Shown here one piece after another: positions 16,122-25,782 of a DNA stretch of 35,233 nt (positions are counted from its first letter, which is position 1; each line of letters opens with the position of its first letter). The notes under the pieces are model-generated. The model was not told where the DNA came from and did no database searches. It saw only the letters and a list, made by a program, of their open reading frames with translations. A program made the translations under genes and the position numbers. The DNA comes from an uncultured Chthoniobacterales bacterium (GTDB lineage Bacteria > Verrucomicrobiota > Verrucomicrobiia > Chthoniobacterales > SZAS-18): contig CAXTFX010000001.1 of the NCBI GenBank assembly GCA_964243185.1, positions 1-35,233 on the forward strand, read 5' to 3'.

Positions 16122-17333
16122 ATGCCGTGCGACGGAGTGCCAGCCGACGTGCATCCCGCTGCTACCGCCGAACCACCCCTCGCCTTCGCCTCCGACGCCC
16201 CCGCGCCCCGGACGCCGTCGCCCGTGCCCTCCCCGGAGGCCACCCCGCCGGCGCTTCCCCTGACGGCCGTCTGTGACCTGGCCGACGTCAACGCCTTCTC
16301 CCACTGCGGTTTCCAGCCCCACGTGCCGGTCCTGGCCGCCTTTGGGGCCGGTCGCTTGCACAAGTATCATACCCCCGGCCTCTGGGATCTGGAGGCCGCC
16401 GTGGCCAGCACCCCGGCCGAGACCCTGTTCCGCTCGGTGCGCGCCGTGGACCCCGAGTCGAAGCTCTCCCGCTGGGAGGCCCTCACCTTCCGCCTGGGGC
16501 CCCACGCCTTCCTCTACGTGGACGCCACCGACCTGACCGGCTACGCCGACACGGCGGCCGGGGCCCAGCGGCTGGTCGAGGACTTCGCGGCCAAGCACGC
16601 CAAAGCGGCGCCGTCCGCGGGCGGCTCCTTCTTCCTCATCAAGACGGACGGCCGGGAGATTGACACCGAGCCCGTGCCCCTCGAAGCGGAGACCCTCCTC
16701 GCCCCCGGGCTTTTCGCCCTGCACTACGGCGAGGAGGGCGCCACCTGGCACCGGGGCTTCACGGAGAAGCTGCGCGCGGCCAGGTGGGGCCTGTGCATCC
16801 TGGAGGGCAGCCCCGGCACGGGCAAGACCTCGTATCTGCGCCACCTCACCGGCGAGTTGAAGGACACCCACCGCTTCTACTTCATCCCGCCGGCCAGCCT
16901 GGAGGTGCTCTCCTCCCCCGACTTCATCGGCTTCTGGGCCGGGGAGCGCCGCCACCACGCCGAGCGCCAGTTCGTCGTCATCCTGGAGGACGCCGACGCG
17001 GCGCTCATGCCCCGGGCGGCCGACAACCGCAGCCAGGTCAGCGCCATCCTGAACTTCTCCGATGGCATGCTCGCCGACTTCCTGCGCCTGGAGGTCATCT
17101 GCACGGTCAACGCCCGCGCGCTGGACCTCGACCCCGCCCTGCTGCGTCCGGGCCGTCTGCTCCGCCACCGCCGCTTCGGCCGGATGGAGGCCGCCCGCAC
17201 CCGCCGGCTGGCCGAGCACCTGGGCCGGAACCTGCCCGCGGGAGAGGACTCCTCGCTGGCCGAGGTGTATGCCGGCGGGGACCGAGACTCCGGGGCGGCC
17301 CCGCGCCGTCCACGCCTGGGTTTCACGGCGTGA
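16122..17333 (+). CDS. AAA+ ATPase (classical AAA clade, BCS1-like layout) with unknown about 200-aa N-terminal domain
   Basis: Motifs present: Walker A LEGSPGTGKTSYL, Walker B QFVVILEDADAAL, sensor-1 VICTVN, arginine-finger region LDPALLRPGRL. The N-terminal half has no recognisable family. Confidence 0.85.
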   Translation: MPCDGVPADVHPAATAEPPLAFASDAPAPRTPSPVPSPEATPPALPLTAVCDLADVNAFSHCGFQPHVPVLAAFGAGRLHKYHTPGLWDLEAAVASTPAETLFRSVRAVDPESKLSRWEALTFRLGPHAFLYVDATDLTGYADTAAGAQRLVEDFAAKHAKAAPSAGGSFFLIKTDGREIDTEPVPLEAETLLAPGLFALHYGEEGATWHRGFTEKLRAARWGLCILEGSPGTGKTSYLRHLTGELKDTHRFYFIPPASLEVLSSPDFIGFWAGERRHHAERQFVVILEDADAALMPRAADNRSQVSAILNFSDGMLADFLRLEVICTVNARALDLDPALLRPGRLLRHRRFGRMEAARTRRLAEHLGRNLPAGEDSSLAEVYAGGDRDSGAAPRRPRLGFTA

Positions 17334-17445
17334 GGCGGGCATCCCCCGACAAAGTTACCGACTACCCCCGAGGGTGACAAATTCGCCTGACGCCGGGTCC
17401 AGACAATGCTTCCGTCCACCTCGATCCCCACCCGCCCCCAGCCGG

Positions 17446-18850
17446 ATGTCCCCTAACATCACCCCCGCGCTCAACCTGCTCTACGGAGCGGAGGAACGCC
17501 GGCTCGGGGCTCGGCGCGCCATCTGCGGGCTGCTCGGCCAGCGCGAGGAGTCATCACTCACGCGCCTGCTCATCGAGGGCTCGCGCCGGCTCGGGCCCGC
17601 GCGGCTGGACGGGCTGCTCGCCGCCGCCGCCAAGTCCGTGGCCGACCACCGCTTCGCGCGCGACGTCAACGACTGGGCCTTCCAAAACTTCTGGGACAAT
17701 CCCCCTCGAGCCGCGCCACTCCAGGCTGCTCGGCTGGTTCCTCGATCCCGACGCGGAGCACGGCTGCGGGACGTTTCTGTTGGGGAGCCTGCTGCGCTTC
17801 CTCCTGAACGAAGGGCGCCCACCCCGCCACCGCTCCCTTCTCTCGGAGGGCTGCCGGGTCATCGTCGAAACCGAATACATGGACCTATGCACCGAGTGCG
17901 ACGAGCCGGAGAGGTTCGCCGTGCTCATCGAAGACAAGGTCAACGGGGCCGTTGACCAGCACATGCAACTCTCCGGGTATGTTACGAAGCTCCTGGCCAA
18001 AGGGTCGAGCCCGGAGAGATCTTCGTCCTCTACGCCCCCCTCAACCGCGGCCGGCAGCCGGCGGCCGATGACCAGGCTGCGCTAAAAGCGTTGGAGGTGA
18101 ACTGGCAGAGCACCCCGTTCTCCACCCACTTCCTGCCCTGGCTGGACGCCGGGCTCAAGGATGGCGATGCCGGCGGGGGAAAGTCGGACGGGGCGGACCA
18201 TCTGGGCCGGGCGATGCGCGAGAACCTCTCCCACTATCGCAACCTTCTGCGTTACCTCGTCAACCAAGGAAAGAAACAACGCATGGACCACAAAATCTTA
18301 CAACAACTCCAACGTGCCCAACGGATAGAAACCTTTCTTACCTTCAAATAGATCGAAGACCTGGCAACCGCGGTTGGCGAACTGCGCGACTGCCTGTAGG
18401 CCAGCTTGCGGGGTAAGCTGCTGCGGCGCATCCATCAGCCCCTACAGGACCGGGGGGAGAACGCGCGCCTCCTCGACAGTGAAGGTAGGGAGGTGTCCGC
18501 TTCCTCGGACGCCGAGCTCAACGAAGCCTTCCTGCAGGAAGTTAACCTCTTTCTGCCGGTCAATGACGCGGTGCACGTCGGCTTCGGCGGCGACCAGGAA
18601 CAAAGCCCCGGGCAGATCTTCGGACCGGCTACTTCCGGGCCGGTGGCAGCCAGGACGAGCAGAAGAAGCTGGAAGCCGTCATCCCCGAGGCCAACCCGAA
18701 GGACAAATACTGGTATGCCGTTTACTACGACGCCCGGATCAACCACGCGAACTGCTCGGAGGAGGCGACGGCGCTCGAGGTCGTGACCACCCTCCTCGGC
18801 ATGCGTGAGAACCTCTTCCAGCGGCTCAAGGAGTCGAGCGGCCTGTCGTA
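17446..18850 (+). pseudogene. PD-(D/E)XK nuclease family gene (PDDEXK_4-like), disrupted
   Basis: The reconstructed reading matches the family pattern E..HS..L.WLLdP...Hg; it gives ...NFWDN(P)LEPRHSRLLGWFLDPDAEHGCGTFLLGSLLRFL...RVIVETEYMD...RFAVLIEDKVNGAVDQHMQLSGYVTKL...EIFVLYAPLN.... Lesions are a +1 shift in the C5 run at 17701-17705, a -1 shift at the G run 18002-18004, in-frame TAG codons at 18349 and 18397, and another shift near 18612. Confidence 0.7.
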
Positions 18851-18935
18851 GCGGCATTTTGTGCTGCGATGACCCGAGAGGTGCCATCGGCACCTCGCCC
18901 CGACGCTTGGTCGCCGTCGGGCGCCGGAAAGCGTT

Positions 18936-19349
18936 TTAGCGCCGTCCACGCATCAACCCGCAGGTCAGCCCCACCAGGCCGCCGAAGAGCAGGGTCAGGG
19001 CGAAGGCGCGCGGCCCCCCGGCGGCGAACTCCCGCCAGTAGGCCGGCGCGTCCTCGCGCAACGGGTAGGGCACGGCTGTGAACACCGCCCCGGGCACGCT
19101 GTAGCCCACACCGGCAAGGAACCCGTGCACGGCGGGGTGCATCCTCGCGGGGCGGGGCAAAAGGCCGACGAGCAGGCCCACGCTGGCGTAGGTCAGCCCG
19201 AGGCCCAGGCCCAGGGTTGTTTTTGCCCGGCCGTCGAGTTCGGCCTGAAAGGCGGGTGACGCCCCGGCCAGGACGCCCCAGAGCAGGCCGAGCAGGGCGG
19301 GACGGCGCACGGTCGAGAGGGCGGTGGGGTGCATGGGTAACAAGAGCAT
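18936..19349 (-). CDS. small integral membrane protein, unknown function
   Basis: An internal ATG (19349 or 19334) gives MLLLPMHPTALSTVRRPALLGLLWGVLAG. About 4 hydrophobic segments follow, and the protein ends GLVGLTCGLMRGRR. Confidence 0.5.
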   Translation of the reverse strand: MLLLPMHPTALSTVRRPALLGLLWGVLAGASPAFQAELDGRAKTTLGLGLGLTYASVGLLVGLLPRPARMHPAVHGFLAGVGYSVPGAVFTAVPYPLREDAPAYWREFAAGGPRAFALTLLFGGLVGLTCGLMRGRR

Positions 19350-19558
19350 ACCGGAGAGGATCACGCCGGGGCAGGGGAAAAGTGTGGCGGGTCCGGGCCA
19401 TGTGGCCCCGCCCAACGTTGCCACTGGGCAGGGGCCGTCCACGCGGCGGGTTTGGAGGGGCGCGCCGGGTGGATCCGAGGACATTAGGCTCCGGTGGTCC
19501 ACTCACCTTGATCCCTCCATGCTGCCGCCACTAAAGGGGGCGCATCCCATCCACACGC

Positions 19559-19786
19559 ATGAACCCCAACCTCGTTGCCATTAGCCGCTACCTTTCCCTG
19601 ATCCTGCGCCACCGGCCCGAAGCGGTCGGCCTAGCCCTGACTTGGTGCAGGCCTTCTACAGCGCGCACCGCCGCGCCCTGCTCGACCCCGCCGTGCAGCC
19701 CAACGCCGACCACCTTGCTGCGCCAACGCGGCTGGGTTGACGTTTTAGGAGCCGTCCTGGCTTTGCGGGAGAAAAATCGTGGCTGA
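19559..19786 (+). pseudogene. RNA 2'-phosphotransferase (KptA/Tpt1) N-terminal fragment
   Basis: MNPNLVAISRYLSLILRHRPEAVGLAL matches the Tpt1 N-terminal motif (SK.LS..LRH.PE..GL.LD). An apparent in-frame insert follows, then RGWVDVLGAVLAL and a stop. The catalytic C-terminal domain is absent. Confidence 0.55.
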
Positions 19787-19822
19787 GTTCCCCCGCGGGG
19801 ATAGGCCCGGCCCGAGGATTTG

Positions 19823-20249
19823 CTATGCTTTGCGCGGTGTTCGGAAGCCTGCACCCCTTGCGGTTTGCAGTTCATCCGCGGCTCGCTGAAGGATCGCCAG
19901 GGTCCGTTGATCCGCATCCGCAAGGGAAGCGTGCCACGCCGCGACCCTGCCTCGTGTTTGCGCCCGCCCCCGCTGGAAAGAGGATTGCTGCTCGTGGGCA
20001 AGCTTTCGTCGGGCGAGCGACCGTCGGAAGACAAGCGCGAAGTCTCTCGCCGCCTCGGTTTGCTCCACCTTTTCGAGGGAGTAGAGCCGCTTGCCGGTGT
20101 AGTTGCGCCAGTAGCTCACCGCCCCCCCAGCGATCAGGCGCGCCGAGGAACCGGACGACCATCGTCTCGGTCCAACCGCGACTCCAGGGCGCGGTGAGGT
20201 CCGGGAATAGGTTGTCGTTCCCCATGATCGCCGACCTGACTTGAGCCAT
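19823..20249 (-). pseudogene. unknown gene split by a frameshift in a G7/C7 homopolymer
   Basis: Track ORFs 19872..20345 and 19823..20119 join as MAQVRSAIMGNDNLFPDLTAPWSRGWTETMVVRFLGAPDRWGG | AVSYWRNYTGKRLYSLEKVEQTEAARDF... across the ccccccc run at 20122-20128. No family was recognised. Confidence 0.35.
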
Positions 20250-20374
20250 TTCTGGGCCGCCCGATAAGCTCACCCGCCGAAACGTGCTCAAGAGTTTCAC
20301 CCGGTAGCTGAACGGTGCCGTTCGCACCGCCGCGCGCCACGCCAAACTCCTGCTCTACGCCCTCCACGAGAGCC

Positions 20375-21700
20375 TCACGCCTCCTCCGTCCATTCGCGCA
20401 CCTGACCGGGGCGGCGCGAGGGCCCGAGCAGGACCACCTTCGGCGTGGGCACCGACCCGTTGCCGCCCGGCAGGGGGGCGTCGCCCTTCTCCTTGCTGAA
20501 CCGAAAGACGCTCTTCACTTTCTCGAACGCCTTGGCCCCCGGCCGGCCGGGGGCCCCCTCGTCGTAGTGGTCGAACCACGGCAGGCCGGCGCGGGCGTAT
20601 TCGCCCGGGGTGACGGGGGGCTGGGGCGGGTTGGCGCCGGTGATCTCCCGCCACACGGCCGAGTTGCACAGGTGCACGAAGCAGCGCGCGCTCACCTCCT
20701 GATCCCAGTCAGGGAGCGGCCGGCGGTCGGCGTGGATCTCCTGGCGCATCTTGCCGCCCATGCCCAGGCCCATGCCGGCGGCGGCGCAAGCGCGGGGTGC
20801 CGAGGGGCAAGGCATCGCCCGGTCAAGGCGCAAAGTCGCCACGGCCGGCACCTGGATCAGCCTGGCCAGCACCTCCGCCAAGGTGCGCGGCAGCCGGGGC
20901 AGGAGGGTTTCCTGGAAGTGGACCGCCGCCCGCAACGGGTGGACCTGGATTTGGATGCCGCCGGTGTCCGCCCGGCCGCTGAGTTGTTCCTCGACGGAGT
21001 GCCCGCCCCCGAGCGGCATGGCCACGAACTGGCGGATGACGCCGCGGGCCACCGCGAAGCCGTCCAGCCACGGCTGGCCGGGCACGACGACGTAGTCCTG
21101 CGCGGGAGATTGGTGCAACCCGGCGCGCCAGGCCTCGGCGGAGACGGCGTTGATCTTTCCCGCGGCGATCTTCACCGCGCACGGGTAGGCGTTCCAGCCG
21201 AAGTTGATCCACAACGCCTCGGCCTGATACATGGGCATCAGCACACCGCCGCGCTCGGTCCACGCCGCGGGCAGCCGGTTGGCGAAATCCTCCGCGTGGC
21301 GCAAGGGGAAACGGCCCAAGCCGGCGGGCAAGGGATAGGTGCGCCCGTCGTCAGGCAGGCGCAGGGTGCGCTGGAACTCGACGGAAAGCGTGGCCGGACC
21401 TTCGTCCCCGCCGCCATCGTCTTCGGGAGGGCTCGCGGCGCTGAATGCCAACTCCCGGAACGTGCGCGCCAGGGTGTCGTCCCGCAAGGCCACCGCCTCC
21501 CGCCCGGCGCGGAGGCGGAAGGCGCTATCCTTGGCGTGCCCACGCCAACGGTCGCGAAAGAGCGCGTCCACGGCGACTTGGCGGTCGCCGGCCAGGATTG
21601 AGGGGAGGCGTTCCTCCACGCAGTCGGCGACGCGGGCGCGCAGTTCGGCGGCGATTTGCGGGAAGGCGAAACGGAGTTGGTCGTGACGGAGTTCGATCAT
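20375..21700 (-). CDS. conserved protein of unknown function (441 aa)
   Basis: The ATG at 21700 gives MIELRHDQLRF. The strongly conserved-looking core reads FQRTLRLPDDGRTYPLPAGLGRFPL...GGVLMPMYQAEALWINF...AVKIAAGKINAVS...QDYVVVPGQPWLDGFAVARGVIRQFVAMPLGGGHSVEEQLSG...GGIQIQVHP. I recall the same motif string in uncharacterised bacterial and fungal proteins, but cannot name a Pfam family. Confidence 0.75.
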   Translation of the reverse strand: MIELRHDQLRFAFPQIAAELRARVADCVEERLPSILAGDRQVAVDALFRDRWRGHAKDSAFRLRAGREAVALRDDTLARTFRELAFSAASPPEDDGGGDEGPATLSVEFQRTLRLPDDGRTYPLPAGLGRFPLRHAEDFANRLPAAWTERGGVLMPMYQAEALWINFGWNAYPCAVKIAAGKINAVSAEAWRAGLHQSPAQDYVVVPGQPWLDGFAVARGVIRQFVAMPLGGGHSVEEQLSGRADTGGIQIQVHPLRAAVHFQETLLPRLPRTLAEVLARLIQVPAVATLRLDRAMPCPSAPRACAAAGMGLGMGGKMRQEIHADRRPLPDWDQEVSARCFVHLCNSAVWREITGANPPQPPVTPGEYARAGLPWFDHYDEGAPGRPGAKAFEKVKSVFRFSKEKGDAPLPGGNGSVPTPKVVLLGPSRRPGQVREWTEEA

Positions 21701-21765
21701 GGCAGGGGCGGGTTCTCTCTGGGTTGGGTGGTGTTTGGGGTGAAGGGAAAGCGGCGACCGGCGGA

Positions 21766-22143
21766 TCACCATTCCCCGTCGCGCACCTCGCGGGCGAGGC
21801 GCACGACGGCGTGGTCGGGCAGGCCGCGCAGCTCGCGCAGCAGTTGGGCGAAGAGTTGCGGGCGGGCGCGGATGATGGCCAGCAGGTCCGCCGAGACCTT
21901 GCCGGCCAGGGCCAGGAGCACGTCGGGGTCCTCGCCCAGGTCCTCGGCCAGCCGGCGGATGACGCCCTCGCCGGGCGGGGGCTGCTCGGCGCGCTCGATC
22001 TTGGAGAGGTAGGAGGGCTCGATGCCCACGCGCCCGGCCACCGCGCGCAGGGAGAAGCGGCGGCCGTCGGTCCCTTGCGCCCGCGCCAGCCGGGCACCGC
22101 GCAGATGTTCAGCGAAGGCGGGGGGAGTCGGAGCCACGCTCAT
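21766..22143 (-). CDS. XRE-family helix-turn-helix transcriptional regulator
   Basis: The HTH_3-like segment reads FAEHLRGARLARAQGTDGRRFSLRAVAGRVGIEPSYLSKIERAEQPP. The ATG at 22143 is preferred over the TTG at 22173. The stop lies 66 nt upstream of the 441-aa gene. Confidence 0.85.
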   Translation of the reverse strand: MSVAPTPPAFAEHLRGARLARAQGTDGRRFSLRAVAGRVGIEPSYLSKIERAEQPPPGEGVIRRLAEDLGEDPDVLLALAGKVSADLLAIIRARPQLFAQLLRELRGLPDHAVVRLAREVRDGEW

Positions 22144-22150
22144 ACGGACT

Positions 22151-22168
22151 GTGTAGTAAACACTACAC
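22151..22168. promoter_or_regulatory. candidate operator palindrome GTGTAGT-N4-ACTACAC upstream of the XRE gene
   Basis: The arms are a perfect 7-bp inverted repeat (22151-22157 and 22162-22168), beginning 8 nt upstream of the preferred ATG of the XRE regulator. Confidence 0.45.
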
Positions 22169-22833
22169 GGCAAGTCTCAGCAGCGCAACACGAAATTTGG
22201 TCCCCCGAAACCCTGCGGTCCCCGCCGTTTACCGAGGGACCTGGGCTGCGGGGAGAGTTGTCGACGACGGTGACATAACCGGCACTTGTGCCGGTTCCCT
22301 TCCGGCTATAACGTCGGGCTTGTTCTGGGGGGAACAGGCAGGGGTCGTCGGGCACTCGCCCGGCGGCCCCTGCTACTTTTCGAGGACAAAGCTCACCGTT
22401 CCCGAGCTCGGTCCCGAACCTCCGCCTGGGCTGCCCCCGGGTGACGAGCATTTCGGGATCCGATCCGGGGCGCCTTTCGAGCAAATCCCGCGCGAGCGCC
22501 TGCCACCGCTTCTGCTCTCCGCGGGTCTGGCTGCCGCTCAACTCGACACCGATCTAGGTTCTATCGGATGGCTCCCAATCGTGATTGATGGCGCCTCCGG
22601 GCGTCATGAGGGCGGCAAAGCCGCCTGGTTCCAGGCCGCGGCGCGGCAGTCGTGCAGGGTTCCCGAGGCGCTGCCCGGTGCTACGATGTGGTTGCCGGAA
22701 TCTTGGCGATCAGCACGGCAACAATGACCATGTAGGCCATGACGTAGAACGCGCCCGCAAAGTCAGTGATGCCAGCGCTCGCCGCGACGTTGATCAAGCT
22801 TACGGCCGTGTTTATCAGCAGATCGGGGTGATT

Positions 22834-22972
22834 GCCTCCCCCGTCGAGCAGCAGGCCGCGCACGTAAGGTGCCCGCCCACGCCCGCCGGTCCCGCCGGCC
22901 CATGAAGCCGGTCAGTTCACCCAGGAACGCCTCCAGCCGCCCCTCCACCGCCGCCAACTCGTTTGCGCGCAT
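22834..22972 (-). mobile_element. IS701-like transposase N-terminal remnant (frameshifted, truncated)
   Basis: MRANELAAVEGRLEAFLGELTGFMGRRDRRAWAGT, then a 1-nt shift, then YVRGLLLDGG. This matches the N-terminal pattern L..FL..F...F.R.E.R.....Y..GLL of IS701-type transposases. The rest of the gene is missing. Confidence 0.45.
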
Positions 22973-23038
22973 CCGCCCATCCTGGGACTCGCTTCCTGAA
23001 ACGGACAGGAGTAACCTGACGCAGCATTAGTAGCGCGC

Positions 23039-23140
23039 GTGGAGCTTCGTCACGTCCGGTATTTCCTGGCGGTGGCCGAGGAACCCAACTTCACCCGGGC
23101 CGCTCTGAAGGTCGGCGTCGGCAGGCCGCCACTCCGGCAG
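23039..23140 (+). pseudogene. LysR-family regulator N-terminal HTH fragment
   Basis: The GTG start gives [27 protein letters not shown], the canonical LysR HTH opening. Similarity is then lost after about 30 residues. Confidence 0.6.
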
Positions 23141-23216
23141 AACACGAACGGCAGCGGCCACCCCGACGGCAGCGCCCGGCAGCAGGGCGCGTCAACCCAG
23201 GCTCACGGGGTGCCGT

Positions 23217-24191
23217 CTAACCCCGGTTGGCGTCCGTCACGAAGGCGGCTAGTTCCCGCCCGAACCGGGTCGGCTCTTCATAGAAGGGACTGTGGCCGCT
23301 GTCCGCATAGACCGAGAGGGGGCGGTCCGGATGGAGCGCCCTGATCCGCTCCGACATGGCCAGCCGGACCAGCCGGTCGTGCGCCCCGTGCGTCAGCAGG
23401 ATCGGACCGGGGTAGGCCCCGAAGACGGATTCCAGGTCGGGCACGCCGGTTTTGACGAAACCCTCGCCCACGGCGCGTGCCGTCATGCCGTTGACGACCA
23501 GCATGCGCTGGAGCTCATCGCCCGTGGGCGGCTGGTGAAAGCAGGCGTCCAGAAAGTCAGCCGTCGCCGCGGTGCGCTCCGCCAGATCGTGTGAGGTGGT
23601 GGTCCGGGCGAAGGTGCCCGCCAGCGGGGTGAGGAGATCCGCCGACAGCTTGGTGACCGCATCGACCAGGTTAACCCCCGCGACGCGCGAGCCGCCATGT
23701 TTGCGGAGATATGCGCCGGCCACGTAGCCGCCGAGCGACCAGCCCACGAGGACGGGGCGGCGGAGCCCCGCCGCGGCGATCACGGCGGCCACGTCGTCTC
23801 CCCAGCGGTCGGCATCCGCATAGGCGTCGGGCGCGGTGGGCTTATCGGAATCCCCGTGGCCGCGAAGGTCGAAGCGGACCAGGCGGAAGCCCACCAGGGC
23901 CGGGTCGGCGAACTGCTTGTCCCAGCTCAACCCGCTCTGGCGCAAGCCGTGGATGAAGAGGACCCCGGGCGCCTGCGGGTCGCCCTGCGCCTGCGCCGCC
24001 AGCGTCAAGCCATCGGGCGTGCGCGTGGAGAAGGCACCGGTGGGTGAGGTCACACCCCCCGATGGCGCCTCGGCGCTCTGACCCCAGCCGCGCCGGGAAA
24101 CGCCCGCGGCCGCCAGCGCAGCCGCGGCGGCGCTCAGGGAGCGTCCCAGGAAAGAGCGGCGAGTGAGCGTGGGTTGATCAGGTGAAGGCAT
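23217..24191 (-). CDS. alpha/beta-fold hydrolase with Tat signal
   Basis: The ATG at 24191 gives [30 protein letters not shown] (twin-arginine motif). Other motifs are the HG oxyanion region VLFIHGL, the nucleophile elbow GWSLGG, and the C-terminal [10 protein letters not shown]. Confidence 0.85.
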   Translation of the reverse strand: MPSPDQPTLTRRSFLGRSLSAAAAALAAAGVSRRGWGQSAEAPSGGVTSPTGAFSTRTPDGLTLAAQAQGDPQAPGVLFIHGLRQSGLSWDKQFADPALVGFRLVRFDLRGHGDSDKPTAPDAYADADRWGDDVAAVIAAAGLRRPVLVGWSLGGYVAGAYLRKHGGSRVAGVNLVDAVTKLSADLLTPLAGTFARTTTSHDLAERTAATADFLDACFHQPPTGDELQRMLVVNGMTARAVGEGFVKTGVPDLESVFGAYPGPILLTHGAHDRLVRLAMSERIRALHPDRPLSVYADSGHSPFYEEPTRFGRELAAFVTDANRG

Positions 24192-24272
24192 CGGTGCAGG
24201 GTGTTGTTTAACGAATACTAAATAACTGGCGCGTGCCGGCGTCAAGCTTTTTGCGTATCGTCCGGTCCTGCC

Positions 24273-24899
24273 ATGCCCAAACGTTCTCCGCCTTCTTCTC
24301 CTGCCGCCACCACCAAGGGCGGGCGCCCCCGCGGCTTCGACCGGGACGCCGCCCTGGACACGGCGCTGGCCCTCTTCTGGCAACACGGCTACGACGGGGT
24401 GACCGTCTCCGAGTTGACGGCGGCCATCGGCATCGCCGCCCCGAGCCTCTACGCGGCCTTCGGCAGCAAGGAAGCGCTCTACCGCGCGGCCCTGGAGCGC
24501 TACCAGCAGGCGGGCGGCGCCGCCAGGACGTTGCTGCCGCAGGCGGGCACGGCCCGCGACGCCGTGGCTGCCGCGTTGCGACACGCCGTGAGGGCGGTGA
24601 GCCGGCCAGACCGGCCCCGTGGCTGCCTGGTGTCCAGCGGGCTGCTGGCCTGCGCGCCGGCCACGGAACCACTGGCGCAGGAACACCGGCGGCTGCGTGC
24701 GGCCATGCGGGCGGAGTTCGAGGAACGCATCGCCCGGGGTGTCCGGGCCGGTGAACTGCCCGGGGGCACGTCGGCGGCGGCCCTCGCCCGCTTCTACGTC
24801 ACCGTGCTCCAGGGCCTCTCGGTGCAGGCGCGCGACGGCGCGGCGGCCGGTGAGCTCGACCAGGTGGTCCAACACGCCCTGGCCGCTTGGCCCCGGTGA
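24273..24899 (+). CDS. TetR/AcrR-family transcriptional regulator
   Basis: The TetR_N HTH reads RDAALDTALALFWQHGYDGVTVSELTAAIGIAAPSLYAAFGSKEALY. The gene is divergent from the hydrolase gene, with an 81-nt intergenic region. Confidence 0.9.
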   Translation: MPKRSPPSSPAATTKGGRPRGFDRDAALDTALALFWQHGYDGVTVSELTAAIGIAAPSLYAAFGSKEALYRAALERYQQAGGAARTLLPQAGTARDAVAAALRHAVRAVSRPDRPRGCLVSSGLLACAPATEPLAQEHRRLRAAMRAEFEERIARGVRAGELPGGTSAAALARFYVTVLQGLSVQARDGAAAGELDQVVQHALAAWPR

Positions 24900-25167
24900 A
24901 AAGCGCCCGCCTGAGCACGGTCTTGCGCGGGGCGTTGATCCGCCACGGCCGAAACCCACGCGCCGTGGTGCGGTTCACCCTGCGAGCCGTCAACGGAACC
25001 AGCCAGGGCAACCTCAGACGTGCCGCCGCGACCCGCCTCGGTGCTCGTTCGGTTCGCACGCGCTGGCAACCAGAGCTCGCCAACCGTATCCGTTGTTCCC
25101 CGAAGCCCCCTTACCATAAGGATAACCCTCGCTGAGGATAAAGGCTTTCTTCGTGCATAAATAGGTT

Positions 25168-25345
25168 ATGGCGTGCAGATCGTGCTTGGGCGTGTCTGCT
25201 GATCCGACGCGCATGGTCAGATCGTGCGCTCGGTGTGTCACCTGCGGCCCCGCCGATGCCCTCGAAACCATCGCCGACGCCAGCGTGGACGCCGTGGTCA
25301 TTGACCCGCCTTTCTACGACAACGTCACGTATGCGGAGTTGGCAG
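25168..25345 (+). pseudogene. DNA methyltransferase fragment (DUF1156-like, DPPxY motif)
   Basis: ADALETIADASVDAVVIDPPFYDNVTYAELA resembles the motif IV region (DPPYYD..Y..LSDFFYVW) of DUF1156-type methylases. Everything else of the gene is missing. Confidence 0.45.
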
Positions 25346-25782
25346 CGACCTCGAGGCGCTGGAGAAGCCGCGCCGCCTGGCTTTCTCCGAGCAGGTGGAA
25401 GCGCCGCGGCGGTTGGGGTTGTGGGTGGGCGAAGCGGGGGCAGAAAGGACGTGAGAACAGAAAGCACTTTATGTGATTGATGGTTTTGGTCACATTGATG
25501 GCATGGGCGCAACCAGAATCACGTCGGGCGCCCGGGAGCGGCGGGTGGACAGCGGTGAGCACCTGACGACGGGGGCCATTGCCCCGGGCGAGATCGAGCG
25601 GATCGTTTCCCTGTTCAGGCAACGCCTGGTTTCGGAGGGGCCGCTGTTCCTCAAGGGGTTCTCGTTCACGGTGATCGGCGAAGAGGACGGCAAGCTGCGG
25701 CTGGAACCGGTTGCCCCGGTCACGCCCGCTCCCGGACCTACGCCCGCCCGGCTGGGACCCCTATGAAGCCGGTCGCCGGATC

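Noticed and set aside
22197-22727. I considered ORFs 22197..22727 (+) and 22140..22541 (-) upstream of the XRE gene as possible additional island genes.
   Set aside because: The translations are low-complexity with no motifs, and the two ORFs overlap each other on opposite strands. The region is more likely non-coding or too-degraded remnant DNA.
24192-24272. I looked for a TetR operator palindrome in the divergent TetR/hydrolase intergenic region.
   Set aside because: Only a 4-bp-arm TTTA..TAAA symmetry and a loosely related ACGAATAC / GTATCGT pair were found. Neither is convincing without comparative data.
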